From assembly GCA_905202145.1 (NCBI GenBank), contig CAJKQY010000001.1, forward strand, positions 19,782-83,781: DNA of 64,000 nucleotides. The letters are read 5' to 3'. The notes under the pieces were generated by a model. The model searched no databases. It was not told the origin of the DNA and saw only the letters and a program-made list of their open reading frames with translations. The stretch comes from an uncultured Collinsella sp. GTDB taxonomy: Bacteria > Actinomycetota > Coriobacteriia > Coriobacteriales > Coriobacteriaceae. Shown here one piece after another: positions 9,642-20,499 of the stretch. The first letter of the stretch is position 1. Each line of letters begins with the position of its first letter. The position numbers and the translations under genes were made by a program.

Positions 9642-11519
9642 TTGCGCGTTGCATACCAAGACTGTTTTCATTTAATTGAGCCGCTGCTCGCCAAGGTCGA
9701 GAAACCGAGCCGCTATATCGATCACGAGTGGGGCACGCTTTCCAAGGCCGATGCCGACTACCGTTGCTGCCTGATCTACCCGGATGTGTACGAGGTCGGT
9801 CTGCCCAACCAGGGCATCGCCATCCTCTACAACATCCTTAACCAGGCCGAGGGCATCTCCTGCGAGCGCGGCTATGTGCCGTGGCCCGATATGGGTGACG
9901 CCATGCGCGAGGCAGGCATTCCGCTGCTCTCGCTCGAGGGTGCAGCGCCGGTCGCTTCGTTTGATATCGTCGGCCTGCATGTGCCGCACGAGATGGCGGT
10001 GACGAACTTCCTCGAGGCACTCGACCTCGCTGGTATTCCGCTGTTAGCGGCTGACCGCACCGAGGACGACCCCATTATCATCGCCGGCGGCCCCTCGGTG
10101 TACAACCCCGAGCCGTACGCGGCCTTCTTCGATGCCATCCTCATCGGTGAGGGCGAGGAATCGCTGCTCGATACCTGCCAGCTGCATCGCCGCCTGCGTG
10201 ACGAAGGGGTCCCGCGCGCGCAGATTGTCGAGCAGCTTGCATCCATTGCCGGCAACTACGTGCCGTCGCTCTATGAGGTTCGTCACGACGAGCCCTGCTC
10301 GCCGCATGGCTACACCGTGCCGCGTGAGGGCAAGGATGCGCCGACCGTGGTCTACAAGCGCGTCGTCGAGGATTTCGGCGCCACGAATCCGCTGTCGCAG
10401 TCGTGCGTGCCCTATGCACAGCTGGTTCACGACCGCCTGTCTATCGAGATCCTGCGCGGCTGCGCCCGCGGCTGTCGTTTTTGTCAGGCCGGCATGACGT
10501 ATCGCCCGGTGCGCGAGCGCTCGGCCGACCAGATCGTCTCGTCGGTGATTCAGGGTCTGGAAAAGACCGGCTATGACGAGGTGTCGCTGACCTCGCTCTC
10601 CACGACCGACCACTCCTGCATTCGCGACGTGCTCGGCAGGCTCAACCGTCGCCTGGAGGATACGGGTATTCGCGTGTCTATTCCGTCGCAGCGCCTGGAT
10701 TCGTTTGGCGTGGATATGGCCGAGTCGGTCGCCGGCGAAAAGAAGGGCGGCCTGACGTTCGCGCCCGAGGCCGGCAGCCAGCGCATGCGCGACATCATTA
10801 ACAAGAACGTGACCGAGGAGGACCTGGACCGTGCGGCCAAGGCGGCCTTCGAGGCCGGCTGGAACCGCATGAAGCTCTACTTTATGATGGGCCTTCCCGG
10901 CGAGCGCGATGAGGACATCGTGGCCATCGCCAATCTGGCCGATCACGTGCTGGAGCTCGGTCGTTCCGTGGTGCCCAAGGCTCGTCGCGGCTCGATTTCG
11001 GTGTCCATCTCGGTTTCGGTCTTTATCCCCAAGGCCGCCACGCCGTTCCAGTGGTGCCCGCAGCTCGACTACGACGACGTCAAGCGTCGCCAGAAGCTGC
11101 TTATCACGAGTGTTCGCAACCGTGCCGTCCGCGTGCATTACCACGATGCCGAGACCTCGCTCATCGAGGCCGCGCTTTCCCGCGCCGGTCGTGACATGAC
11201 GCCCGTCATCATCGATGCTTGGCGTTCGGGCTCTCGCTTTGACGCCTGGGTAGAGCATTTCTCGCTCGAGAACTGGAAGGAGGCTGCTGCCAAAAACGGC
11301 ATCGACCTCAACGAGCTCGTACACCTGCCTTACGAGTTGGACTGGCGCCTGCCGTGGGAGCACGTGAGCCCCGGCTGCACGCGTGGCTTCCTCGAGCGCG
11401 AGTACCGTCGCTCGCTCGAGGGCGTCACGACTCCCGACTGCACCCGCACGTCGTGCACCGGCTGCGGGATCTGCCCCACGCTCCACGCCAAGAATGTATT
11501 GATGGGTGATCGCGCATGA
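9642..11519 (+). CDS. radical SAM protein, TIGR03960-like (B12-binding-like N-domain + CxxxCxxC radical SAM core)
   Basis: CARGCRFC cluster motif, N-terminal IIIAGGPSV B12-like domain; TTG start. Confidence 0.8.
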   Translation: MRVAYQDCFHLIEPLLAKVEKPSRYIDHEWGTLSKADADYRCCLIYPDVYEVGLPNQGIAILYNILNQAEGISCERGYVPWPDMGDAMREAGIPLLSLEGAAPVASFDIVGLHVPHEMAVTNFLEALDLAGIPLLAADRTEDDPIIIAGGPSVYNPEPYAAFFDAILIGEGEESLLDTCQLHRRLRDEGVPRAQIVEQLASIAGNYVPSLYEVRHDEPCSPHGYTVPREGKDAPTVVYKRVVEDFGATNPLSQSCVPYAQLVHDRLSIEILRGCARGCRFCQAGMTYRPVRERSADQIVSSVIQGLEKTGYDEVSLTSLSTTDHSCIRDVLGRLNRRLEDTGIRVSIPSQRLDSFGVDMAESVAGEKKGGLTFAPEAGSQRMRDIINKNVTEEDLDRAAKAAFEAGWNRMKLYFMMGLPGERDEDIVAIANLADHVLELGRSVVPKARRGSISVSISVSVFIPKAATPFQWCPQLDYDDVKRRQKLLITSVRNRAVRVHYHDAETSLIEAALSRAGRDMTPVIIDAWRSGSRFDAWVEHFSLENWKEAAAKNGIDLNELVHLPYELDWRLPWEHVSPGCTRGFLEREYRRSLEGVTTPDCTRTSCTGCGICPTLHAKNVLMGDRA

Positions 11520-12328
11520 GTGAGCGCCTGACCGACAACCCCTCGCTCTTTAGGCTTCGTGTTCGCTATGGCAAGCGCGATCGTCTTAAGTACCTGGGTC
11601 ATCTCGAAGTAATCCATACCATTGAGCGCATCGTGCGCCGTGCGGGACTTCCCTATGCCGTCACGCAGGGCTTCTCTCCGCACATGCGCGTTGGCTTCTC
11701 TTCGGCGCTACCGGTGGGCACGTCGTCGACCTGCGAGTGGTATGACCTGTTTATGACCGAGTTCGTGGCGCTCGACGAGGCGTTTGGGCGCCTGGCTGCG
11801 GCGTCTCCGGCCGATCTGGCGCCCATCGAGGCGGCGTACATCGACGTGCGCACGCCGGCGTTGACGGCGCAGCTCACGCGCCTGTCGTATCGCATCGACC
11901 TGCATCTGGACCCCGAGGCGCCCGTAAGCGCCGACGAGGTGCATCGTGCGATCGACACGCTGCGCGCGGGCCATGGCATCGACTACGCGCGCGGAAAAAA
12001 GAGCAAGCGCTTGGATTTGGATCACACACTCGTGGGCTATGAGCTCACGGCGGGGGAGCGCCCGGACCATTTGGTGCTCATGCTCGACACCCATGCCGAC
12101 AACGAGGGCTCCATGCGTCCGGAAATTTTGCTTTCTGCTGCTGATGTTTTGTTGCAGGGCTTGACCCCGGGCGTGGATGCACCTATTGTTTCCACCGGTA
12201 TGCAAGACCTCGTGACCATCTGCTCCTACGATGTCGAGCGTCAGAATCAAGCATGCGAGGACGACGAGGGCCGACTCGTCAGCCCCATACCTGTGCGAAC
12301 TTGTGGATTTGCTCCACATACTCGTTGA
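11516..12328 (+). CDS. radical SAM-associated protein, TIGR03936/DUF2344-like
   Basis: Conserved LRVRYGKRDRLKYLGHLEVIHTIERIVRRAGLP N-terminus; ATG overlaps the upstream stop by 4 nt. Confidence 0.75.
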   Translation: MSERLTDNPSLFRLRVRYGKRDRLKYLGHLEVIHTIERIVRRAGLPYAVTQGFSPHMRVGFSSALPVGTSSTCEWYDLFMTEFVALDEAFGRLAAASPADLAPIEAAYIDVRTPALTAQLTRLSYRIDLHLDPEAPVSADEVHRAIDTLRAGHGIDYARGKKSKRLDLDHTLVGYELTAGERPDHLVLMLDTHADNEGSMRPEILLSAADVLLQGLTPGVDAPIVSTGMQDLVTICSYDVERQNQACEDDEGRLVSPIPVRTCGFAPHTR

Positions 12329-12353
12329 CGGGGGTATTTTCGCCTGCTACTAT
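12325..12353 (+). promoter_or_regulatory. candidate promoter for rplU-rpmA (TTGACG -17- TACTAT)
   Basis: Hexamers with 17-nt spacer read from the sequence, 40 nt upstream of the rplU ATG. Confidence 0.5.
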
Positions 12354-12395
12354 ATTCGGCTGTTGCACTAACTGATGCATGAAGGGCAAGTAAAC

Positions 12396-12770
12396 ATGTA
12401 CGCAATCGTTAACACGGGCGGCAAGCAGTACAAGGTCGCCACCGACGATGTCATCACCGTCGAGAAGATCGAGGGCAATGAGGGCGACAAGGTCACCCTG
12501 CCGGTTATCTTCCTCAACGATGGTAAGAAGATCGTCACCGATCCCGACAAGCTGGCTAAGGCCAAGGTTACCGCTCAGATCGTTGAGCAGTTCAAGGGCG
12601 AGAAGCAGCTGGTCTTCAAGTTCCACAAGCGCAAGCGCTATCGTCGTCTGAAGGGTCACCGTCAGCAGCTCACCAAGCTGAAGATCGTGAAGGTTCAGGC
12701 TACCTCCCGCGCCAAGAAGGCTGTCAAGGCAGAGGCTGAGGCTGTTGCCGAGGCTCCCGTCGCCGAGTAG
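12396..12770 (+). CDS. rplU: 50S ribosomal protein L21 with Lys/Ala-rich C-terminal extension
   Basis: MYAIVNTGGKQYKV N-terminus; RBS GAAGGG. Confidence 0.9.
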   Translation: MYAIVNTGGKQYKVATDDVITVEKIEGNEGDKVTLPVIFLNDGKKIVTDPDKLAKAKVTAQIVEQFKGEKQLVFKFHKRKRYRRLKGHRQQLTKLKIVKVQATSRAKKAVKAEAEAVAEAPVAE

Positions 12771-12803
12771 ATTACACTCGTAACGAAAGAGTAGGTATAC
12801 ACA

Positions 12804-13061
12804 ATGGCACACAAAAAAGGACTCGGTTCCTCCCGTAATGGCCGTGACTCCCGCGGTCAGCGCCTTGGCACGAAGCGCTATGCCGGCCAGACGGTAACCA
12901 CGGGCACGATTCTCGTCCGTCAGCACGGCACGCACATCCACCCGGGTGAGAACGTTGGCCGTGGTAAGGACGACACGCTGTTCGCGCTGGTCGACGGTAC
13001 CGTTGAGTTCCACAAGGGTATCAAGCACAGGGTCAGCGTACGCCCGCTCGCGAACGCGTAA
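12804..13061 (+). CDS. rpmA: 50S ribosomal protein L27
   Basis: [16 protein letters not shown]...[11 protein letters not shown] signature. Confidence 0.92.
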   Translation: MAHKKGLGSSRNGRDSRGQRLGTKRYAGQTVTTGTILVRQHGTHIHPGENVGRGKDDTLFALVDGTVEFHKGIKHRVSVRPLANA

Positions 13062-13089
13062 TTCACCCTTCATAGAGCACATATGTGGG

Positions 13090-14613
<1,524 letters not shown>

Positions 14614-14616
14614 GCC

Positions 14617-15294
14617 ATGTCGCTGCGCGGTGGAATCGGTCTGCCCGAGCTTCCTCTAGAGGACGGGCAGGAGTTTAGGCTCGGCATTATGGGTGGCACC
14701 TTTGATCCCATCCATTACGGGCACCTGGTGACCGCCGAGCAGGCGCGTGAGTCGCTCGACTTGGACGCTGTGCTCTTTATGCCGGCGGGCTCTCCCGCCT
14801 TTAAGCTTGACAAGCCGGTGACGCCTGCCGAGGACCGTTATGCTATGACGGTCCTCGCCACCGCCGCGAACCCGGCCTTTTTGGCGAGTCGGTTCGAGAT
14901 CGACCGTCCGGGCGTAACCTACACGGCCGATACGCTTCATGCCCTTCGCGACTTTTACCCGTCGCAGGTAAAGCTCTACTTTATTACGGGCGCCGATGCG
15001 ATTATCGATATTGTGACCTGGCACAATGCTGATGAGATTGCCGAACTGGCAACCTTTATTGCTGCTACACGTCCCGGTTTTGACATCGATACGGCCCGGG
15101 CGCGGATTAAGGAATCGGGGTTGCCATTCGACGTGCGCTATATTCAGATTCCGGCGCTGGCGATTAGCTCGACCAACATTCGCAAGCGGGTTGCCCGCGG
15201 CATGAGCGTGCGCTATCTTACGAGCGAGTCCGTGCTCGGCTACATTCGCAAGCGCAGGCTATATGCCGATTTGGGCCAAGAGGATTTTGAGTGA
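14617..15294 (+). CDS. nadD: nicotinate-nucleotide adenylyltransferase
   Basis: GGTFDPIHYGH nucleotidyltransferase motif. Confidence 0.85.
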   Translation: MSLRGGIGLPELPLEDGQEFRLGIMGGTFDPIHYGHLVTAEQARESLDLDAVLFMPAGSPAFKLDKPVTPAEDRYAMTVLATAANPAFLASRFEIDRPGVTYTADTLHALRDFYPSQVKLYFITGADAIIDIVTWHNADEIAELATFIAATRPGFDIDTARARIKESGLPFDVRYIQIPALAISSTNIRKRVARGMSVRYLTSESVLGYIRKRRLYADLGQEDFE

Positions 15295-15306
15295 TGGGGG
15301 TCTACG

Positions 15307-15915
15307 TTGTCGGTAGAGGATCAGTTTGAGGGCGATGAGCGCGCGCTGCTCAAGCGCATTCAAGAGCTGCTCGATGTTCGCATGAAGGATAAGCGCAGGC
15401 GCTATGTGCATTCGCTGGGTGTTGCCGAGACCGCACTTCATCTGGCCGAGGTCTACGGCGTCGACCGCTTTGATGCCGCTGCCGCCGGCTTGATCCACGA
15501 CTGGGACAAGGTGCTTTCCGATGACGAGCTGGTCACGCGCGCTCTGCATTACGGCATTAAGATTGCCGGCTCTCCTTCTGCCGCGACGCCGCTTTTGCAT
15601 GGCCCTGTTGCCGCCTATGAGCTTCCGCAGCTTTTTCCCGAGCTGTCGCCGGCGGTCTTTCAGGCTGTCGACCGTCACACCGTGGGTGCCTGCGATATGA
15701 CGCCGCTCGATATGGTGGTCTTTGTGGCCGATGCCATCGAGCCCAACCGCCACGGCGACTATGCACGTGCGCTGCGCAAGATGGTGGGGGAGTCGACGCT
15801 CGACGAGTTGTTCTTCTCCTGTTTTGCGCAGGGTTTGGTCTATGTGATTCAGTCCGGGCGCTATCTTTATCCCACGGCTATTTCGATTTACAACCATTAC
15901 GCCCAGCTGCGCTAG
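15307..15915 (+). CDS. yqeK: HD-domain bis(5'-nucleosyl)-tetraphosphatase YqeK
   Basis: HSLGV...LIHDWDK HD motif; conserved nadD-yqeK-rsfS order. Confidence 0.8.
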   Translation: MSVEDQFEGDERALLKRIQELLDVRMKDKRRRYVHSLGVAETALHLAEVYGVDRFDAAAAGLIHDWDKVLSDDELVTRALHYGIKIAGSPSAATPLLHGPVAAYELPQLFPELSPAVFQAVDRHTVGACDMTPLDMVVFVADAIEPNRHGDYARALRKMVGESTLDELFFSCFAQGLVYVIQSGRYLYPTAISIYNHYAQLR

Positions 15916-15942
15916 CTCGGGCTGTCTAGAAAGAGGTATTCC

Positions 15943-16398
15943 ATGGCCGACGAGACCATGACCGACGAGCAGATTCTTGAAGGTGTGGAGCACAAGAGCT
16001 TCGTCGCCACGTCCGACCGCACTGCCGCCTCGCTGTCTGCGAGCGGTGTCGCCGCCGAGGATGTCGCCCGCGCCGCCGCGCAGGCCGCCTACGACAAGAA
16101 GGGCGAGGACGTTCAGGTGCTCGACCTGACCGAGCTTTCCGATGTGTGCGACTATTTTGTGCTTGCCACCGGTACCAACAACCGCCAGGTCGATTCTATC
16201 GTCGACGAGATCGAGGAGAAGGTCGCCGAGGCTTGCGGCGAGCATCCGTTCTCCATCGAGGGCCGCGAGCAGAAGACCTGGATGCTCATGGACTATGGTT
16301 CGGTTGTCGTCCACGTCTTCACTCCCGAAGCCCGCGACTTCTACCGCCTCGAGAAACTCTGGGGAGACGCCCCCCAGCTCCCCCTCAACCTCCTCTAG
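15943..16398 (+). CDS. rsfS: ribosome silencing factor RsfS (Iojap)
   Basis: Iojap-like core DYFVLATGTNNRQVDSI. Confidence 0.85.
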   Translation: MADETMTDEQILEGVEHKSFVATSDRTAASLSASGVAAEDVARAAAQAAYDKKGEDVQVLDLTELSDVCDYFVLATGTNNRQVDSIVDEIEEKVAEACGEHPFSIEGREQKTWMLMDYGSVVVHVFTPEARDFYRLEKLWGDAPQLPLNLL

Positions 16399-16440
16399 TA
16401 GCTCATTTGAGACGGGGTTTAGCTACCCTCACGCATATCG

Positions 16441-16482
16441 CCGGGCAGGTGCGGTTTTCCGCACCTGCCCGGCTTTCTTTTT
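16441..16482. terminator. bidirectional rho-independent terminator between rsfS(+) and dinB(-)
   Basis: CCGGGCAGGTGCGG tttt CCGCACCTGCCCGG followed by CTTTCTTTTT. Confidence 0.75.
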
Positions 16483-16494
16483 GCCCAAAGGCGG

Positions 16495-17748
16495 TTAATC
16501 GTTGAAGCGGGATTGGCGGCCGAAGGAAAGGGCGGTGTCGCCGAATTTGTCTCGGACGGCGTCGATGGCGACGGAGAGGTCGCGGCGGTCGCTGGATTGG
16601 GCTCCGCGGTCATCGATCTCGCAGAACAGGTCAGTCTGGATGCCGCCTTGGTGGTCGAAGTCGCTCATGCCGATGCCCGCTAAGCGAACATGCATGCCAT
16701 CCTGCCAGATGTTGTCGAGCAGTTCGAGTGCAACCGCCACGAAGATGTTCTCATCGTCGGTCGGATGAGGCAGCCGGCGCTGTGCCGAGCGACCGCTTCC
16801 ATACGAATACTTGAGCTTGAGCGTCACCGTGGCGCCCGTCAGCCCCTGACGGCGCAGACGGCGTCCCACTGACTCTCCCAACAGCGCAATCGCCGCCTCA
16901 ATATCCTCACGCTCAGTCAAATCTTTAGCAAAGGTGCGTTCATTGCTGACCGACTTGACCTCGCGCTCTTCATCAAGACTCGTGACTTCGGAGATTTCGA
17001 GTCCCAGCGCACGCTGGCGCATGCGTTCGCCGTTGACGCCAAAAATAGAGGCCAAGGTGGATTCCGGTGCACGTGATAGCTCGCCGAGGGTGTAGATGCG
17101 CATGCGGCGCAGTCGCTCCTCGGCCGAGCGCCCGATGCCGCTCATGGCAGATACCGGCAGCGCGGCCAAAAAGCGCTGCTCGGTTCCGGGGCGCACGATG
17201 GTCAGCCCAAACGGCTTATCCCGCTCGCTTGCGATCTTTGCGACCGTCTTGTTGCAGCCCACGCCAATGGAACAGGTCACTCCCAGCCCTGCCACGCGGT
17301 CGCTTATACGCCGCGCAACCAGCAGCGGGTCTTCGGGCGCAAAGCGACCCGGTGTGATATCGATAAAGGCTTCGTCGATGGATACGCGCTCAACACGCGG
17401 GGTCTCGTCGGCGAGAATCGCCATGACCTGCGCGCTCACCTCGCGGTATCGGTCAAAGTGCCCGTGTGTCCAAATGGCTTGCGGGCACAAGCGCCGTGCC
17501 TCGGCCGAGGCCATGGCAGAGTGCACGCCAAAGCGACGCGCCTCATACGAACACGTGGACACGACGCCACGCGAATCGGCGTCTCCGCCCACGATGAGCG
17601 GCTTTCCTCGCCATTCGGGATGATCGAGCATTTCCACGCTCGCAAAAAACGCATCAAGGTCCATGAGGCCAACCGCCGGACCCGTCCAGGGAGGCGGCGT
17701 GACGCCCATGGCATCCTCATAACCGTATGTATGTTCGCGTCTTTCCAT
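16495..17748 (-). CDS. dinB: DNA polymerase IV (Y-family translesion polymerase)
   Basis: LMDLDAFFASVE, SIDEAFIDIT catalytic motifs; the true start may be an internal Met. Confidence 0.85.
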   Translation of the reverse strand: MERREHTYGYEDAMGVTPPPWTGPAVGLMDLDAFFASVEMLDHPEWRGKPLIVGGDADSRGVVSTCSYEARRFGVHSAMASAEARRLCPQAIWTHGHFDRYREVSAQVMAILADETPRVERVSIDEAFIDITPGRFAPEDPLLVARRISDRVAGLGVTCSIGVGCNKTVAKIASERDKPFGLTIVRPGTEQRFLAALPVSAMSGIGRSAEERLRRMRIYTLGELSRAPESTLASIFGVNGERMRQRALGLEISEVTSLDEEREVKSVSNERTFAKDLTEREDIEAAIALLGESVGRRLRRQGLTGATVTLKLKYSYGSGRSAQRRLPHPTDDENIFVAVALELLDNIWQDGMHVRLAGIGMSDFDHQGGIQTDLFCEIDDRGAQSSDRRDLSVAIDAVRDKFGDTALSFGRQSRFND

Positions 17749-17864
17749 GTCATGAGTATACCGCGCAGCTCATGTGGGGTGCGTGTATGTGCTTGCAAAT
17801 CCCGAATTCTTGTCTAAGATATGGATTTGCCCTCGACTACACCGAAGAAGTTGGTCTCACGGAC

Positions 17865-17893
17865 TTCACCTGCCCGCGTCGATGGCGTATTAT
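17865..17893 (+). promoter_or_regulatory. candidate promoter for the rpsP operon (TTCACC -17- TATTAT)
   Basis: Hexamers with 17-nt spacer; followed by a short 5'UTR hairpin GCAGCCTAAAGCTGC. Confidence 0.45.
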
Positions 17894-17949
17894 GTTCAAC
17901 TGTTTGTTTGTAGTTGCAGCCTAAAGCTGCTTGGTTGGAGGAGTTTCCT

Positions 17950-18291
17950 TTGGCAGTCAAGATTCGCCTTGCTCGTCACGGCGCTAAGAAGCGTCCGTAC
18001 TACCGTGTCGTCGTCGCCGATTCCCGCGCCCCGCGTGACGGTCGTATCATCGAGGAGGTTGGCCGCTACAACCCGATGACCGCCCCCAAGACCATCAACC
18101 TCGACCTCGAGAAGATCGCCGACTGGCAGTCCAAGGGCGCTCAGCTCACCGACGCCGTCGCCGCTCTGGTCAAGGCCGCCAACGAGGGCGAGAAGACCGA
18201 GACCGTCGTCAAGAAGTCCAAGAAGCAGCTCGCCAAAGAGGCCGAGGCCGCTAAGGCTGCCGCTGAGGCCGCTGAGGGCGCCGAGGAGTAA
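17950..18291 (+). CDS. rpsP: 30S ribosomal protein S16 with Ala/Glu/Lys-rich C-terminal extension
   Basis: [31 protein letters not shown]; TTG start (upstream in-frame ATG at 17914 less likely). Confidence 0.88.
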   Translation: MAVKIRLARHGAKKRPYYRVVVADSRAPRDGRIIEEVGRYNPMTAPKTINLDLEKIADWQSKGAQLTDAVAALVKAANEGEKTETVVKKSKKQLAKEAEAAKAAAEAAEGAEE

Positions 18292-18294
18292 ATC

Positions 18295-18579
18295 GTGCCT
18301 GAGGTTGACGCTGCACAGCTCGAGGGTGAGGCAATGCTCTCAGATCGCATCGCCGATCTCGTCGAATATCTCGTTGTTCAGATCGTCGACGACCCGGATT
18401 CCGTGAGCCTTGAGGTCATCGATGGTGACGACGCCTCTACGATTGAGGTTTCGGTCGCCGAGGATGACGTCGCTAAGGTCATCGGCCGTCGTGGCCGTAC
18501 CATCAAGGCCATTCGCACGCTCGCCCGTGCACTGGCCGCTCGCCTCGACACTGCTGTCGAGGTAGAGGTTCTGGGCTAG
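18295..18579 (+). CDS. KH-domain RNA-binding protein (YlqC-like)
   Basis: VIGRRGRTIKAIRTLARAL KH GXXG motif; conserved position between rpsP and rimM. Confidence 0.75.
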   Translation: MPEVDAAQLEGEAMLSDRIADLVEYLVVQIVDDPDSVSLEVIDGDDASTIEVSVAEDDVAKVIGRRGRTIKAIRTLARALAARLDTAVEVEVLG

Positions 18580-18583
18580 GACC

Positions 18584-19105
18584 TTGAGGTCCCAGTACAA
18601 AAACATCGCCCGTGTGGTCAAGCCGCACGGAAGGAAGGGGGAGGTCCTCGCGCAGCCGCTGCGGGGGCTTCCTTCTGTATTAGAGCCTGGTATGCGCGTC
18701 GCCCTGACGCCGCCGGCGCTCAAGCGCGACCGCTTTTGCACGGTCGTGTCTGTCACCGATACGGGCGATGGCGATCTGGTCTCGTTTGAGGGCATTGACG
18801 ACTTGACGGCCGCCGAGGGCATCACGGGTTGCTACGTGCTGGCAAATCGTGACGACTTTGAGCTCGATTCGCTCGACGCTGCCTATACCGACCTGATGGG
18901 TCGCGAGGTGGTCGACGAGCGCTTCGGTTCGCTCGGCACGATCGTCGAGATCATGTCGACGCCCGCTAACGATGTTTGGGTTGTTGAGGGTGATCGGTAC
19001 GGCGAGGTACTGATTCCCGTGATCGAGCAGGTCGTGCTCGATCTTCCCGACACAGGAACAATTTCCGTCCACGTTATGGACGGCCTGATCGATATGGACA
19101 AGTAG
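18584..19105 (+). CDS. rimM: 16S rRNA processing protein RimM
   Basis: PHGRKGEV N-terminal RimM motif plus PRC barrel region; TTG start. Confidence 0.8.
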   Translation: MRSQYKNIARVVKPHGRKGEVLAQPLRGLPSVLEPGMRVALTPPALKRDRFCTVVSVTDTGDGDLVSFEGIDDLTAAEGITGCYVLANRDDFELDSLDAAYTDLMGREVVDERFGSLGTIVEIMSTPANDVWVVEGDRYGEVLIPVIEQVVLDLPDTGTISVHVMDGLIDMDK

Positions 19106-19115
19106 GGAGGACAAC

Positions 19116-19874
19116 ATGCTGATCGAGACCCTTTCGGTCTTTCCCGAGATGTTTGAGCCCGTCATGTCCACATCGATCTTGGGCCGAGCCCGCAAGGCCG
19201 GCCTTTTTGATTTTAAGGCGTATAACCTGCGCGACTGGACGCACGACCGCCATCGCACCGTCGATGACGAGCCGTATGGCGGCGGGCAGGGCATGCTTAT
19301 GAAGGTCGAGCCTATCGCTGAGGCCATCGAGGCCATTAGTGCGGAGGGTCCCAAGCCGACGGTGGTGTTCTTCACCCCGTGCGGCGAGCCCTTTACGCAG
19401 CATGTGGCCGAGCGCCTGCTCAAAAGCGAGCGCCTGCTGTTTGTGTGCAGCCGTTACGAGGGCGTCGACGAGCGCGCGTATGCGTATGCCGACGAGCGCC
19501 TGTCGATCGGCGATTACGTGCTCACGGGCGGCGAGCTTCCCGCTATGGTCGTGGCCGATGCCGTCGTGCGCCTGATTCCCGGCGCCCTTGGTGACGAGAT
19601 GAGCAACGTCGACGAGTCGTTCTCGACCGCCGAGGACGGTGGCCTGCTCGAGTACGCGCAGTACACCCGCCCCGCCGAGTTCAACGGCGAGGGCGTGCCG
19701 CCGGTGCTTGTGAGCGGCGATCACGCCAAGGTCGATGCCTGGCGTCGCAAGAACGCCATCGACCGCACCTGCCGCTGGCGTCCCGATCTGATCGAGACGG
19801 CGCGGCTCACGCCCGAGGAGCGCGCTTACGCGCAGGAGATTTTGGACGCTTCGTATTCGCAGAGCGAGGAGTGA
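19116..19874 (+). CDS. trmD: tRNA (guanine37-N1)-methyltransferase
   Basis: SPOUT/TrmD motifs (DDEPYGGGQGM, LVCSRYEGVDER). Confidence 0.9.
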   Translation: MLIETLSVFPEMFEPVMSTSILGRARKAGLFDFKAYNLRDWTHDRHRTVDDEPYGGGQGMLMKVEPIAEAIEAISAEGPKPTVVFFTPCGEPFTQHVAERLLKSERLLFVCSRYEGVDERAYAYADERLSIGDYVLTGGELPAMVVADAVVRLIPGALGDEMSNVDESFSTAEDGGLLEYAQYTRPAEFNGEGVPPVLVSGDHAKVDAWRRKNAIDRTCRWRPDLIETARLTPEERAYAQEILDASYSQSEE

Positions 19875-20440
19875 GAATGGTTCCATCGCAGCATTCCGCG
19901 TTGAGGGGCGCTTTTGAGTGGATCGCGGTCATCGCGATCGCATTGGTCGCCACCTTCTTGATTCGCTCGTTTGTGGTCGAGCCCTTTGTGGTGCCCACCG
20001 GCTCCATGGAGTCCACGATCGAGATTGGCGACCAGATCCTGGCACAAAAGGTGAGCCTCGAGCTCGGTCAGCCCGTCAAGCAGGGCGATATCGTGGTGTT
20101 TCACAACCCCGATGGCACCTCCGAGCATGATGTTCTTGTCAAGCGTGTTATTGCCACGGCCGGCCAGACGGTCGACCTGCAGGATGGCAAGGTGGTCGTT
20201 GACGGCCAAGCGCTCGACGAGGACTATACGACGGGCATGAGCTGGCCACTTTCGGTCCAAGCGCCCGGCGCTCAGGTAAGCTATCCCTACACCGTTCCCG
20301 ACGGGTGCGTGTGGGTGATGGGCGACAACCGCGAAAACTCTGCCGACTCACGCTACTTTGGTCCCGTCGATCGCTCTGATTTGATCGCTGTGGCGCTTGT
20401 GCGCTACTGGCCGCTCAACCGCATCGGCGCTATCGACTAA
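19871..20440 (+). CDS. lepB: signal peptidase I
   Basis: Catalytic Ser box GSMEST, Lys box KRVIATAGQ, GDNRENSADSRYFG; GTG start overlaps the trmD stop. Confidence 0.85.
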   Translation: MRMVPSQHSALRGAFEWIAVIAIALVATFLIRSFVVEPFVVPTGSMESTIEIGDQILAQKVSLELGQPVKQGDIVVFHNPDGTSEHDVLVKRVIATAGQTVDLQDGKVVVDGQALDEDYTTGMSWPLSVQAPGAQVSYPYTVPDGCVWVMGDNRENSADSRYFGPVDRSDLIAVALVRYWPLNRIGAID

Positions 20441-20499
20441 AAACCGCTATAGTACAGTACCTAACCGTGTAATCGTTTCGACGAGGGGATATTAGAGGC

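Noticed and set aside
10044-11486. 480-aa minus-strand ORF opposite the radical SAM gene, and similar long antisense ORFs (2711..3835 opposite mreB, 25359..26225 and 25751..26611 opposite ppdK, 50414..51577 and 51369..52766 opposite pyrB/pyrC, 62630..63940 opposite lepA)
   Set aside because: All lie opposite well-supported conserved genes. They are GC-driven shadow ORFs without RBS or recognisable domains.
20441-20499. Possible T-box leader upstream of glyQS
   Set aside because: Only 59 nt separate lepB and glyQ, which is far too short for a T-box riboswitch. glyQS is probably read through from the upstream operon or has a minimal promoter.
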